Origin: Candidatus Wirthbacteria bacterium
Lineage (GTDB): Bacteria > Patescibacteriota > CG2-30-54-11
Reading direction: 5' to 3'
NCBI GenBank assembly: GCA_903889905.1
Contig: CAISZI010000046.1
Coordinates: 64,853-128,852 of the forward strand
Length of the DNA stretch: 64,000 nt
The notes below the pieces were generated by a model. That model was not told where the DNA came from. It did not search any database and saw only the letters and a program-made list of their open reading frames with translations. The translations under genes and the position numbers were made by a program. Of this stretch, positions 17,960 through 28,331 are shown one piece after another (within the stretch, counting starts at the first letter, position 1; every line of letters begins with the position of its first letter).

Positions 17960-18538
17960 TTACAATCCTTTGATTTTTCTTCTTACCCAACGATATAAAA
18001 CGTCAACACGACTGCGATGGGGTTGCCAGTCTTCAACTGCCACTGCCATCAAACGTTCCAGTTCACTCACCAATCTCTGCGTATCAGGGAAACTACTCAA
18101 ATCCATTTTTTGTAATTCATGGAGCATTATCTGGTTAGTTAGATCAGATAGCGAATAATGCCTTGTCAGGCACAGATCTAACAAAATACACAATTCGTGT
18201 GAGATGTTTTCCAACGTTTTGGAGCAGCCAGCATTGATTCTTTTTCTAGGCTCTTGTTCAACTAAAACATCAGGAAAAGGTAAAGGCTCATCCAGACTAA
18301 CCATTAGTACTTTCAAAGCTGCCATTAATGCCTGGACATGATTGTCGGCATCTGTGTCCAATCCTAAGCGAACCAAATTAGCGACAACTGCTTCAAACAC
18401 TGACTTGGCAAGCAGAATCAGAAAATCATGATTTTCTTCCCAAGGTCGCCTTTCTCCTCCCCAACCATTTACCCCTGCAGCAATTGGATGCTCTGATTCA
18501 GTCATATATCTCATAATTTTGGAATTAAGCCGGAACAT
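17960..18538 (-). CDS. Hypothetical protein (192 aa, helical, no confident family)
   Basis: Clean ORF with coding bias; no recognisable motifs. Confidence 0.45.
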   Translation of the reverse strand: MFRLNSKIMRYMTESEHPIAAGVNGWGGERRPWEENHDFLILLAKSVFEAVVANLVRLGLDTDADNHVQALMAALKVLMVSLDEPLPFPDVLVEQEPRKRINAGCSKTLENISHELCILLDLCLTRHYSLSDLTNQIMLHELQKMDLSSFPDTQRLVSELERLMAVAVEDWQPHRSRVDVLYRWVRRKIKGL

Positions 18539-18763
18539 AATTATAACAAATTACCCACAAAAAAGAACACTCCGATTCTTTGGAAAATCTTTGGTTAAAT
18601 TGTTTTTGAAATACGTTTTGATCACGAAGCCGATTGTTTCTGTCTTCTGCCACGAAGTTTCTGGGTCATCGGGTTAATCTTATCAAACCAGTTACCAAAA
18701 ACCGCCTGGATATGCGCCAGATTAGACGCTGCCTTAAACGGCACCATTAAATATCTTTATATT

Positions 18764-19324
18764 TTATTCAATCACCACCTCAACCGCCTTCAAGAGCGCC
18801 AGAGCTTCCGGCAACTGGAATTTTGCCTTTTTGAGCTTGTTTTTGGTCGGGTCGATGAAATAGTTACAGGCGCCGGTGAAATCGGCTTTGGACAGGTTAC
18901 AATTTTGAAAAACCGTACGGTTCAAATCTGTGCCGGCAAACGACGTTTCCAGCAAGTCGGTTTGTTCAAACACACCATCTTCAATGCGGCAGTCTTTGAA
19001 CAATGTGCCTTTGAGTTTCATGCCGGTAAAAGTGCACATGCTCAGCACGCAGCGTTCAAAGCCAAAGGAAAGGATGAGCGGATTGATCTCGTTGAAACCA
19101 ATACCGAGTAGCTTGCATTCGACAAAGCGGACATCGTGCAGACTGGCACCGCGCAGCCTGGCCATCGAAAAGTTGCAGCGCTCACACTCAATTTCTGTCA
19201 ATTTAACACTCGTCAAATTGGCCTGCGAAAAGTCACAATCGACAAATCGGGTTTGGCTAAATTCACGACTGGATAAATTTTGCCCAGCAAACGACAGACC
19301 GCTCACGACTTCATAAACTGCCAT
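18764..19324 (-). CDS. Pentapeptide-repeat protein
   Basis: Tandem A(D/N)LxX pentapeptides across 186 aa (FSQANLTSVKLTEIECERCNFSMARLRGASLHDVRFVECKL...). Confidence 0.8.
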   Translation of the reverse strand: MAVYEVVSGLSFAGQNLSSREFSQTRFVDCDFSQANLTSVKLTEIECERCNFSMARLRGASLHDVRFVECKLLGIGFNEINPLILSFGFERCVLSMCTFTGMKLKGTLFKDCRIEDGVFEQTDLLETSFAGTDLNRTVFQNCNLSKADFTGACNYFIDPTKNKLKKAKFQLPEALALLKAVEVVIE

Positions 19325-19530
19325 TTTATGCCCTTTGACTGTAATCCCGGCAAAGAACCAACTGGATTATACAACCCTTGCCATTGCTTCGCGAACAGAG
19401 ACCTACCCTTAAGCTAGCCTGTGGCTTGTTTAAATGTAATGCCAGTGTCTGATCAATACACTTAAACCCTTGACACGTTTTGCCTTTGGTTATATATTTA
19501 CTTGGTAAATTATTTACTATCTAAAGTATA

Positions 19531-20016
19531 TTGCTTAGAGGCGATCCCATGGACCAAGCTGCCATCAGTGCCCGTGCCGAAGAGTTTGAAGCCGCACTCA
19601 GCCAAATCCGGCGCACACATCTTGGTCACGATCAAACGACGGATCTGCGCCATTCCGAAATTCACTTCCTCATGCTGATTGCCAAAGTCAGCGATAAACA
19701 GGCTGTGACGCCCTCGGACATTGCCAAAAAAATGGAAATCTCCCTGAGCGCCATCACGCATCACCTCACCGCACTGGAAAACAAAGGCTACATCAGCCGT
19801 ACGCCCTCGCCAGACGATAAGCGCGTCACCCTGGTTACCCTTTCGGACAGGGGCAAACTGCTGGTGGACAAACTCCAGGCAGGATTTTGGAAAAAACTCT
19901 GTGGCCTGGTGGAATTTCTGGGTGACGATGACAGCCGCGAATTGATTCAATTGCTCACCAAAATGACGACTTATATCAACCAAATCAAAAGCGTTAATCC
20001 AAAAGAAGGAATATAA
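19531..20016 (+). CDS. MarR-family transcriptional regulator
   Basis: Winged-helix region ...SDIAKKMEISLSAITHHLTALENKGYISRTPSPDDKRVTLVTLSDRG; alternative start at 19549 (MDQ...). Confidence 0.8.
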   Translation: MLRGDPMDQAAISARAEEFEAALSQIRRTHLGHDQTTDLRHSEIHFLMLIAKVSDKQAVTPSDIAKKMEISLSAITHHLTALENKGYISRTPSPDDKRVTLVTLSDRGKLLVDKLQAGFWKKLCGLVEFLGDDDSRELIQLLTKMTTYINQIKSVNPKEGI

Positions 20017-20018
20017 GC

Positions 20019-21827
20019 ATGCTCAAACTCGCCAAGTACCTCAAACCCTACTGGCTACAGATCGTGGCCATCATCGCACTGGTGTATGTGCAGGTCCAAA
20101 CTGACCTCGCACTCCCCGACTATATGGCTCGTATCGTCAACCAGGGCATTGTGCTCAAAGACAACACCTACATCTGGAACACCGGCATTACCATGCTGCT
20201 GGTGGCGCTGCTGGGCGCGGTCTGTACCGTGATTGTCAGCTACTTTGCCTCGCGCGTGGCCGTGGGTTTTGCCAAAGACATCCGCGCCAAAACCTTTACC
20301 AAAGTCGAAAGTTTTTCACTTGTGGAATTTAATCGCTTTTCCACTGCATCCCTCATCACTCGTTCCACCAATGACATCCAGCAGATCCAAATGGTGATGG
20401 TGATGATCCTGCGCTTTGTGCTCTATGCCCCGATCCTCGGTTTTGGCGCCATTCTCAAAGCCAATCAGATGGCGCCCTCGATGACCTGGATTATGGGCCT
20501 GGCCGTTGCGACCCTGGTTAGCATTATCGTGCTGCTCTTTAGCATTGCTCTCCCCAAATTCCAGGCCTTGCAAAAACTCGTCGACAAACTCAACCTGGTG
20601 ACCCGCCAGATCCTGACCGGCATCCGCGTCATCCGGGCCTTTGATCGCGAACAAGTAGAAGCGGTGAACTTTGACAAAGCCAACCGTGACCTCACCGATG
20701 TCAATTTGTTTGTCAACCGCCTGATGGTCGTGATGCAACCTTTCATGATGCTGATTTTCAACGTCACCGCGCTAGCCGTCATCTGGGTTGGTTCGCATCT
20801 GATCAATACCGGCAACCTCCAGATCGGCGACATGGTGGCATTCTTGCAGTATTCCATGCAGGTGATCATGGCCTTCCTGATGATCTCAATCGTCTTCATC
20901 ATGGTGCCGCGCGCTTCGGTTTCGGGTGCTCGTGTCGCCGAAGTACTGGAATCAGAACCCACCATCAAAAACCCCACAAGTCCGATCAAGTCCGTTGCGG
21001 CGGGAACCGGCGTCGTCGAATTCAAAGATGTGAGTTTTGCTTATCCTGGCGCCAAAATGTCCGTACTCTGCAATGTGTCATTTGTAGCCAAACCAGGAGA
21101 AACGACAGCATTTATCGGCAGTACCGGCAGTGGCAAGTCCACCCTGATCAACCTGATCCCACGTTTTTATGACGTGACGGAGGGCCAGGTACTGATCGAT
21201 GGCGTCGATGTAAGACAGATGAACATGGAAGACCTTTATGCCAAACTCGGCTATGTTCCCCAAAAAGGCGTGCTGTTTTCTGGTACCGTCGATTCCAATA
21301 TCAAATACGGTGCCCCCCACGCCAGTGATGAACAGATTGCCAAAGCCGCCCGCATTGCCCAAGCCACAGAATTTGTCGAGCAATTAGAAGACAAATACAC
21401 TGCCCCCATTGCCCAGGGTGGAACCAATGTCTCAGGTGGCCAAAAACAGCGCCTCTCCATTGCCCGTGCGGTCGTACGCGACCCGGAAATTTTCATTTTT
21501 GATGACAGCTTCTCGGCTGTCGACTTCAAAACGGATGCAGCTCTACGCGCAGCGCTCAAAGCCGAAATCAACCACAAGACCGTCCTGATTGTGGCCCAGC
21601 GTATCAGCACGATTTTGGACGCTGACCAGATTGTCGTGCTCAACGAAGGCAATGTGGTGGGCAAGGGCCGCCACGCCGATCTGATGAAAACCTGCCCGGT
21701 CTACCAGGAAATCGCGCGCTCGCAACTGTCGGAAAAAGAATTAAGCACCTATGCCGAAAACCACACCCAGTCCCAAGCCAACACCACGCCGCTGCAATTT
21801 AAGCCCATTCTCGAAGGAGCCAAATAA
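20019..21827 (+). CDS. ABC exporter, fused 6-TM permease and ATPase half-transporter
   Basis: Walker A GSTGSGKST, signature VSGGQKQRLSIAR, Walker B IFIFDD. Confidence 0.85.
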   Translation: MLKLAKYLKPYWLQIVAIIALVYVQVQTDLALPDYMARIVNQGIVLKDNTYIWNTGITMLLVALLGAVCTVIVSYFASRVAVGFAKDIRAKTFTKVESFSLVEFNRFSTASLITRSTNDIQQIQMVMVMILRFVLYAPILGFGAILKANQMAPSMTWIMGLAVATLVSIIVLLFSIALPKFQALQKLVDKLNLVTRQILTGIRVIRAFDREQVEAVNFDKANRDLTDVNLFVNRLMVVMQPFMMLIFNVTALAVIWVGSHLINTGNLQIGDMVAFLQYSMQVIMAFLMISIVFIMVPRASVSGARVAEVLESEPTIKNPTSPIKSVAAGTGVVEFKDVSFAYPGAKMSVLCNVSFVAKPGETTAFIGSTGSGKSTLINLIPRFYDVTEGQVLIDGVDVRQMNMEDLYAKLGYVPQKGVLFSGTVDSNIKYGAPHASDEQIAKAARIAQATEFVEQLEDKYTAPIAQGGTNVSGGQKQRLSIARAVVRDPEIFIFDDSFSAVDFKTDAALRAALKAEINHKTVLIVAQRISTILDADQIVVLNEGNVVGKGRHADLMKTCPVYQEIARSQLSEKELSTYAENHTQSQANTTPLQFKPILEGAK

Positions 21828-23860
21828 TGAGTGATCAACCCAACAACGCGATTCCTCCCAAACAACCTCCTCGCCGCATGGGCGGTCCCATGGGTGGCAT
21901 GGGTGGCCCCATGGGCGGCATGATGGGCGGCGCCAAAGCCAAAAATTTCAAAGGAACTTTGGGCAAACTGGTGCAATACATGCGTCCTTTCTGGATCTCG
22001 ATTATCATCGTCATTGTTTTCGCCATCCTCAGCACTGTCTTCAGCATCATGAGCCCCAAAATCCTGGGCAACATGACCAACCAGGTCGTCAGTGACTACA
22101 TCAATATGACCGTCTATGACCAAACCATGGCCCGCCTGCCTGCAGGCACGACGCTTGCTCCCGGCACCACTGGCGCCCAGATTCTCAAAAGTGCACCCGC
22201 GGCGGCGTTGCAAAAAATCCCAGCTGATCAACTTGCCAAAATTCAATCCTTGGATTTTAGCCACCGTCCAGGCGTCAACTTTGACACCCTGGGCAAGACT
22301 GCCATGTTGCTCCTGTTCTTGTATGCCTTGAGTGCGATCTTCAGCTACATACAGGGTTGGATCATGACCAGTGTGTCGCAAAAAATCACCTACCAGTTCC
22401 GCACCGACATTGCCGCCAAAATCAACCGCCTGCCACTCAAATTCTATGATTCCAAAACCCATGGCGAAATCCTCAGTCGCGTCACCAACGACGTCGACAC
22501 CGTCAGCCAAACCCTCAACCAGAGCCTGTCGCAGATCGTCACTTCAGTGACCATGCTGGTCGGCATCCTGGTGATGATGTTCTCGATCAGTTTCTGGATG
22601 ACTCTGGTCGCGTTACTGGTGCTGCCACTTAGCATGGGTTTTATTACCACCATTGTCAAAAAGTCCCAGGGCTATTTCAAACAGCAACAGGAATCGCTGG
22701 GGAATATCAATGGCCATATCGAAGAAATGTATTCGGGCCATAATGTGATGAAAGTCTTTAACGGTGAAGCGCGCTCCATCGCCAAATTCAGCACGATCAA
22801 CGATGAACTCTTTGTCAGCGGCTGGAAATCACAGTTTCTCTCTGGCCTGATGTTCCCGATCATGAACTTCATTGGCAACCTCGGCTATATCGGGATTGCG
22901 GTACTGGGCGGTTACCTCGCTATCAACGGTAAACTGCAGATCGGCGATATCCAGGCTTTTATCCAGTACATGCGCCAGTTCAACCAGCCCATTGCCCAGA
23001 CCGCCAATATTGCCAACGTCATGCAATCCACCGCCGCTGCCGCCGAACATGTGTTTGAATTCCTGGCCGAAACCGATGAAATCCCCGAAGCTGCAAATCC
23101 TAAATCCTTGGGACAGGTTCAAGGAACCGTGGAATTCAACCACGTTGTCTTTGGCTACAATGCTGACAAGACCATCATCCACGACTTCACGGCCAAAGTC
23201 GCACCCGGCCAGCGTATCGCCATTGTCGGGCCCACCGGCGCTGGCAAAACCACCATGGTCAATCTGCTCATGCGTTTCTATGACGTCAGTAGCGGTGCAA
23301 TCAAAATTGACGGCATTGATATCCGCGACCTGAAGCGTGCCGATGTGCGCAAATGCTTTGGCATGGTGCTGCAGGACACCTGGCTGTTCAATGGCACCAT
23401 CCGCGACAACATTGCCTACGGCAAACCCGACGCCACCGAAGCCGAAATCCTGAGCGCCGCCAAGGCTGCCCAGGTCGACCACTTCGTCAACTCGCTTCCC
23501 AAAGGTTACGACCTCGAACTCAATGAAGAAGCCGATAATATCTCACAAGGTGAAAAACAGCTACTGACCATTGCTCGTGCCATGCTCGCCAAGACGCCCA
23601 TGCTTATCCTGGACGAAGCCACCAGTTCGGTCGACACCCGAACCGAAGTCCTCATCCAAAAAGCCATGGACAACCTGATGAAAGGCAAAACCTGCTTTGT
23701 CATTGCCCATCGTCTCAGCACCATCCGCGACGCCGACCTGATCCTGGTCATGGACCATGGCAACATCGTTGAACAGGGCTCACACACGCAACTCCTGGCC
23801 CAAAACGGCTTCTATGCCAATTTGTACAACAGCCAGTTCGCCGGTTCGGACGCAGCATAA
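21827..23860 (+). CDS. ABC exporter half-transporter (likely heterodimer partner) with an N-terminal (GGPMG)n Met/Gly repeat
   Basis: Walker A GPTGAGKTT, signature ISQGEKQLLTIAR, Walker B LILDEA. The N-terminus MGGPMGGMGGPMGGMMGG is encoded by a tandem DNA repeat at 21878-21933. Start overlaps the upstream stop by 1 nt. Confidence 0.85.
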   Translation: MSDQPNNAIPPKQPPRRMGGPMGGMGGPMGGMMGGAKAKNFKGTLGKLVQYMRPFWISIIIVIVFAILSTVFSIMSPKILGNMTNQVVSDYINMTVYDQTMARLPAGTTLAPGTTGAQILKSAPAAALQKIPADQLAKIQSLDFSHRPGVNFDTLGKTAMLLLFLYALSAIFSYIQGWIMTSVSQKITYQFRTDIAAKINRLPLKFYDSKTHGEILSRVTNDVDTVSQTLNQSLSQIVTSVTMLVGILVMMFSISFWMTLVALLVLPLSMGFITTIVKKSQGYFKQQQESLGNINGHIEEMYSGHNVMKVFNGEARSIAKFSTINDELFVSGWKSQFLSGLMFPIMNFIGNLGYIGIAVLGGYLAINGKLQIGDIQAFIQYMRQFNQPIAQTANIANVMQSTAAAAEHVFEFLAETDEIPEAANPKSLGQVQGTVEFNHVVFGYNADKTIIHDFTAKVAPGQRIAIVGPTGAGKTTMVNLLMRFYDVSSGAIKIDGIDIRDLKRADVRKCFGMVLQDTWLFNGTIRDNIAYGKPDATEAEILSAAKAAQVDHFVNSLPKGYDLELNEEADNISQGEKQLLTIARAMLAKTPMLILDEATSSVDTRTEVLIQKAMDNLMKGKTCFVIAHRLSTIRDADLILVMDHGNIVEQGSHTQLLAQNGFYANLYNSQFAGSDAA

Positions 23861-23885
23861 AAACAAGTCGCCAAAACCCTGACAT

Positions 23886-23922
23886 AAAATCCCGCGTTGC
23901 CTGCAACGCGGGATTTTATTGT
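23886..23922 (+). terminator. Rho-independent terminator after the ABC exporter pair
   Basis: ATCCCGCGTTGC-CTG-GCAACGCGGGAT 12-bp stem followed by TTTTATT. Confidence 0.7.
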
Positions 23923-24003
23923 GATTAATTTTCTTTAAATATTTTTTAATCATTGGGCTCTAGACTTCGCTTGCAATCAACCATTTCTTAAATCCTGAAA
24001 AAC

Positions 24004-24468
24004 ATGACCACCCGAACCGTTTCCCGCCTCCTCTCCATCACCCTGATGAGCTTGAGCTTTGGTGTCCTCACCCCATCTGCCACACAAGCTGCAACAAGGA
24101 TCTCGGGCCGCCAAAGTATAAAAATTGTTCATGAAGTTTCTCCCTGGCCCAGTGCCGACGAACGTCAACGTATCCAGAACTGGCTAAGTGAAGCACGGCA
24201 AAATTCCGACAATCTCCAAGTCAATCTGGCTCAGGACAGTCACCGGCTAACCATTACCATCAGTTCGTCCCAAGCAAATGTGAGCGCGTGGCTGCAAAAC
24301 TGGTTCAAGGAGCAGCAAACCGTGGTTATGGGAGATGCCAGTCAGACTTTTGGGGCTGACCACATTTCGTATGATATAAAAAACACAACCAGCGGCGTCC
24401 AGATCACCGTGATAAGTGACAACCTGCATTTTGTCACGGACTTGTATCAACGTTTGCTGTTAAGCTAA
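24004..24468 (+). CDS. Hypothetical secreted protein (154 aa)
   Basis: Signal peptide MTTRTVSRLLSITLMSLSFGVLTPSATQAA; no family recognised. Confidence 0.45.
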   Translation: MTTRTVSRLLSITLMSLSFGVLTPSATQAATRISGRQSIKIVHEVSPWPSADERQRIQNWLSEARQNSDNLQVNLAQDSHRLTITISSSQANVSAWLQNWFKEQQTVVMGDASQTFGADHISYDIKNTTSGVQITVISDNLHFVTDLYQRLLLS

Positions 24469-24514
24469 GTGTAAAAACACCGTTAAAGTAATCTTTTACT
24501 CTACTCCAACGGGC

Positions 24515-24678
24515 GGGTTGAAAATTTAGCAAGGAGTCACGCATGAGTCACCGCTTAGCCAGTGGCAATGAACCGCCAAGTTGAGCGAGCCAACTATCTA
24601 ACCAAGGTCGTGCCAAACGCAACTACCTTCGAGTCAAACCTCGGGATCGGATTTGACTCCTTGCTAATTTTTCAACCC
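24515..24678. repeat. 164-bp element bounded by 25-bp imperfect inverted repeats (GGGTTGAAAATTTAGCAAGGAGTCA ... TGACTCCTTGCTAATTTTTCAACCC); MITE-like or a structured RNA
   Basis: 24/25 reverse-complementary termini enclose about 112 bp with internal stems (AGTTG..CAACT). Lies between the hypothetical secreted gene and the response-regulator gene. Confidence 0.5.
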
Positions 24679-24731
24679 ACTCGTCCCAACCATTAAGTTT
24701 TTTCTAAGCATTTACGAGGTATACTCCATTC

Positions 24732-25406
24732 ATGAAAATACTCATTATCGAAGACGAACACAAGATCGCGCAAGCACTCAAGGAAGGCCTCGAGCAGGAA
24801 TCCTTCGCCGTGGACGTGCGCTTTGACGGCGAGGCCGGACTCCAGGCTGGGTTGTTTGACGACTACGACCTGATCCTGCTGGACGTGATGCTGCCCAAGC
24901 GCGATGGCATGGAAGTTTGCCGCGAGCTGCGCCAAAACAATATTCACACGCCAATTCTAATGCTCACTGCCCGCGACCAGAATCGCGACATCATCCAAGG
25001 CCTGAACCAGGGAGCCGACGATTATTTGCCCAAACCATTTTCCTTTGAAGTCCTGCTTGCCCGCATCCGGGCGCTCCTCCGCCGCCCGCACGAAGCCATC
25101 TCTACCGTACTCAAAGTGGCTGACCTCAGCCTCGATACCGTGACCAAGGAAGTGAAGCGCGCTGGCAAACCGATCAAACTGTCGGCCAAGGAATTTGCCT
25201 TGCTGGAGTACCTGATGCGTAGCCAAGGCAAAGTGCTGACCAAAAACAACATCCTCACCCACGTCTGGGATTTTGACGCCGATGTGCTGCCCAACAATCT
25301 AGAAGTGTTTATCTCTTACTTACGCGCCAAAGTGGATAAACCTTTTAAAAAATCACTCATCCACACCGTCCACGGCTTTGGTTACAAACTGGGAGAATCG
25401 GCATGA
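24732..25406 (+). CDS. OmpR-family response regulator
   Basis: MKILIIEDEHKIAQAL...DLILLDVMLPKRDGMEV...LTAR; winged-helix C-terminus. Confidence 0.85.
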   Translation: MKILIIEDEHKIAQALKEGLEQESFAVDVRFDGEAGLQAGLFDDYDLILLDVMLPKRDGMEVCRELRQNNIHTPILMLTARDQNRDIIQGLNQGADDYLPKPFSFEVLLARIRALLRRPHEAISTVLKVADLSLDTVTKEVKRAGKPIKLSAKEFALLEYLMRSQGKVLTKNNILTHVWDFDADVLPNNLEVFISYLRAKVDKPFKKSLIHTVHGFGYKLGESA

Positions 25407-26437
25407 ACTTGCCTCGTGTCATGCGTTTTTTGAAAACCGCCACGGCCAGACTCACCTTTTCCTATCTGGCCATTATCATGGCGATGAGCATTGGCTTTAG
25501 CTTTGTCCTGTTCAACACATCGGCGCACGAATTAAATCGCCAGCTCCCGCCAAGCTCGGTCTATGAAATGCAAATGGGCAACCCCAACATGCGACCGATC
25601 AAAAATCAGGTCGACCAATTTCTGCAGCAACGCATCCAGGATGGCCAAAACAATCTGGTTCTCAATTTGATTGTCCTCAATCTGCTCACTTTGTCAGCCG
25701 GCAGTTTAATCAGCTTTGCGCTCGCGCGCTACACCCTGCACCCGATCGAAGCCGCCATGGCCGCCCAGAGCCGATTTATTTCCGACGCCTCGCACGAACT
25801 TCGGACACCGCTCACTGCCATGCAAACCGCAAGTGAAGTCGCCCTACGCAAACCCAAACTGGAACTCAAGGATGCCAAAGCCTTGATCGCCTCCAATATC
25901 GAAGAAGTCGCCAAACTCAAAACCCTGTCCGATGGCTTGCTGACGCTGGCCAGACAGGAACAAACAGTTGCCGTACGACAACCGGTGGCGCTGCAGGCGG
26001 TGGTAAGTGAAGCATTGAACAAAGTCATCCCACTCGCGCAATCCAAAGCAATCACCGTCGATGACAAAGTACCCAACCTCATCGTCTTTGGCGAAGAACA
26101 GAGCTTGGTTCAACTGCTGGTGATCCTGCTCGATAACGCCATCAAATACAGTGACGCCCACACAACCATTCACCTCAGCGGACAGCACAAAAACGGGAAT
26201 GCCTGTTTGAGCATCCGCGACGAAGGGCTGGGTATCCGCGCCTCAGATCTACCCCATGTCTTTGACCGTTTCTACCGCGCCAACACGGCCCGGAGCAGGG
26301 ACGCCCACGACGGCTATGGCCTGGGTTTGTCGATTGCCAAAACCATCGTCGATGGCCTGCACGGCAAACTCTCCGTCGAAAGCAAACTCGGCGAAGGGTC
26401 AACTTTTACGATCAAACTACCCCCGGCCCAGGTTTAA
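25403..26437 (+). CDS. Sensor histidine kinase
   Basis: H-box ASHELRTPLT; HATPase DEGLGI, GYGLGLSIAK. Overlaps the regulator stop by 4 nt. Confidence 0.85.
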   Translation: MNLPRVMRFLKTATARLTFSYLAIIMAMSIGFSFVLFNTSAHELNRQLPPSSVYEMQMGNPNMRPIKNQVDQFLQQRIQDGQNNLVLNLIVLNLLTLSAGSLISFALARYTLHPIEAAMAAQSRFISDASHELRTPLTAMQTASEVALRKPKLELKDAKALIASNIEEVAKLKTLSDGLLTLARQEQTVAVRQPVALQAVVSEALNKVIPLAQSKAITVDDKVPNLIVFGEEQSLVQLLVILLDNAIKYSDAHTTIHLSGQHKNGNACLSIRDEGLGIRASDLPHVFDRFYRANTARSRDAHDGYGLGLSIAKTIVDGLHGKLSVESKLGEGSTFTIKLPPAQV

Positions 26438-26525
26438 GTTCTTTTTAAACTTTGCGACAGATAATGAATTGAGACTTTCACCAATCGAGTGAAAGGCTAA
26501 CCCCGTTATTAACATAAAGGAGCCT

Positions 26526-28259
26526 ATGTTCTACCTCAGTTATCTGCGTGCCGAATTGCTGCGCCGTTTTGGCAAGACGCTCACCATCGCGCTCGGCCTC
26601 TCAATCGCCAGCGCCATTATCATCGCCATCATCTCGGTCTCCAGCAGCCTGCAAACTTCGCAACAAACCGTGCTCGATCCCCTCTCCAGTGTTGGCACCG
26701 ACATGCTGGTGACGCGCACCGTGAGCCAGGACAATTTACAACAAATCGACCAGACCACCCGTGACGACCTGATGGCCGACAACAACGTCTTCACAGATTT
26801 GTCCAAACTGGGCAAAGCTGGCGATGCATTCAAAAGCGATACCTTTGCCGCAGGTAGTAATCTCACTTTCCCTGTGTCTTCCACGCTCGGGCTTGATACC
26901 AGTCTGGTCGCCAATTACTCCACCGGCCTGATCATGACCGTCACCCACCAGGAAGGCACGATTCCGACCATTACCGCGTCCTTTAGCTATGGTGGCGACC
27001 AGATTCAAGTCCGCCAGGATGTCCCACAACTTTCTGATGCCGACATGCAAGCTATGCAGGCAGCACAAACCAAAGCCATGGCTGATCTTAAAGCCCAGGG
27101 CATTGATCCCAATTCCCAGGAAGGCCGCCAGGCCATGCGCCAGGCACAAAGAGGTGCAATTCCCCAACGTCAAGTCACCTCCACCGTCACCACGGAAAAG
27201 AAAACCGTGACACAGAATGTCGACACACCCCAGACTAATATCAAAACCTCCAACTACACGATTGCCGGTGTTGATCTCTCCCAAAACAACATTGGTCTGA
27301 TTTTGCCCAGCCAGGTGATCCAGGGCTCCTATTTTTCCGCCATCCCCGCGGTCGCCACGACCAAGACCGACACAACGGCAACTCCAACGACGCCGAGCTC
27401 TCCGCTCGAGGCCATCGTTAGCCAAAGCTATGCCCAGAAACAAAACATCAAGGTCGGCGACAAACTAACCCTCAGCCAAAAAGACCTCACTGTCATCGGT
27501 ATCGTCGAACCCAAACTTTACACCAACACCGCCGACGTCTACGTCAGTCTGCCTTTGCTCCAACAGCTCTCAGGCAAAACCGACCGCGTCAACATCCTCC
27601 TGATCAAATCCACCAATGCCGCCAATGTCTCGGGTAGTGAAACTGCGCTCGCCGCCCTCTTTACCGGCGCTACCGTAACCAGTGCCGCCGACACCGCCAA
27701 ACAGGTGAGTGGCTCTCTCACCAGCGTCACCAGTTTGATGAACAAATTCGTTGGGGTGATCAGCCTGATCGTCCTGATCGCCGCCTTTATCATCGTTACC
27801 CTGATCACGCTGCTCTCGGTCAACAAACGGGTCAGAGAGATCGGCACACTCAAGGCCTTTGGCTGGAGCAATTACAAAATCATCCGCCAGATCCTGATGG
27901 AAAACTTTGTGCTTGGCCTGATCGGCGCCGCGCTCGGGATTGGCTTTGCCCTGATCGGGATCTACGTCCTCAATCACGCCAACATCACCCTCAACGCCGA
28001 CGTCTCCAGTCTCAACTCCTCCCTGGGTGGTATGATTGGCCGTTTCATGGGTGGACCCGGCCGAGGTGGCAACAATGCCGCGCAAACTGCTACCAGCAAT
28101 AATGTCTCAACCACTGTCGCACTCCATGTCACGCTGGCGACGTCAACATTGCTCGTGGGCACGCTCGTCTCGATTGTCGGTTCGCTCTTCGCCGGATTGG
28201 TTGCCTCGTTCAAGGCTTCCCGCATGCGCCCCCAGGTTGCGCTACGCAATTTGGAATAA
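26526..28259 (+). CDS. ABC transporter permease, FtsX/MacB-like with a large extracytoplasmic domain
   Basis: N-terminal TM helix, roughly 350-aa extracellular region, C-terminal FtsX-type 3-TM bundle. Confidence 0.75.
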   Translation: MFYLSYLRAELLRRFGKTLTIALGLSIASAIIIAIISVSSSLQTSQQTVLDPLSSVGTDMLVTRTVSQDNLQQIDQTTRDDLMADNNVFTDLSKLGKAGDAFKSDTFAAGSNLTFPVSSTLGLDTSLVANYSTGLIMTVTHQEGTIPTITASFSYGGDQIQVRQDVPQLSDADMQAMQAAQTKAMADLKAQGIDPNSQEGRQAMRQAQRGAIPQRQVTSTVTTEKKTVTQNVDTPQTNIKTSNYTIAGVDLSQNNIGLILPSQVIQGSYFSAIPAVATTKTDTTATPTTPSSPLEAIVSQSYAQKQNIKVGDKLTLSQKDLTVIGIVEPKLYTNTADVYVSLPLLQQLSGKTDRVNILLIKSTNAANVSGSETALAALFTGATVTSAADTAKQVSGSLTSVTSLMNKFVGVISLIVLIAAFIIVTLITLLSVNKRVREIGTLKAFGWSNYKIIRQILMENFVLGLIGAALGIGFALIGIYVLNHANITLNADVSSLNSSLGGMIGRFMGGPGRGGNNAAQTATSNNVSTTVALHVTLATSTLLVGTLVSIVGSLFAGLVASFKASRMRPQVALRNLE

Positions 28260-28292
28260 TGACGACTTAGTGATTCTGCGAACTTAGTCGGA

Positions 28293-28331
28293 ATTATCCC
28301 ATATGTCCGGCACCCGGACGTATGGGATAAT
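28293..28331. repeat. Intercistronic hairpin (ATTATCCCATATGTCCGG-CACC-CGGACGTATGGGATAAT) between the permease and ATPase genes
   Basis: An 11-bp perfect outer stem plus a 6/7 inner stem. Flanked upstream by a short direct repeat ACTTAGT x2 at 28265-28288. Confidence 0.5.

Noticed and set aside
18622-18747. 41-aa minus-strand ORF (MVPFKAASNLAHIQAVFGNWFDKINPMTQKLRGRRQKQSAS) between the pentapeptide gene and the hypothetical gene
   Set aside because: Too short, no clear RBS and no recognisable family; could still be a real small protein.
24515-24678. Possible tRNA or tmRNA in the inverted-repeat element
   Set aside because: No cloverleaf, no GTTCRANYC T-loop and no CCA-compatible acceptor stem could be drawn.
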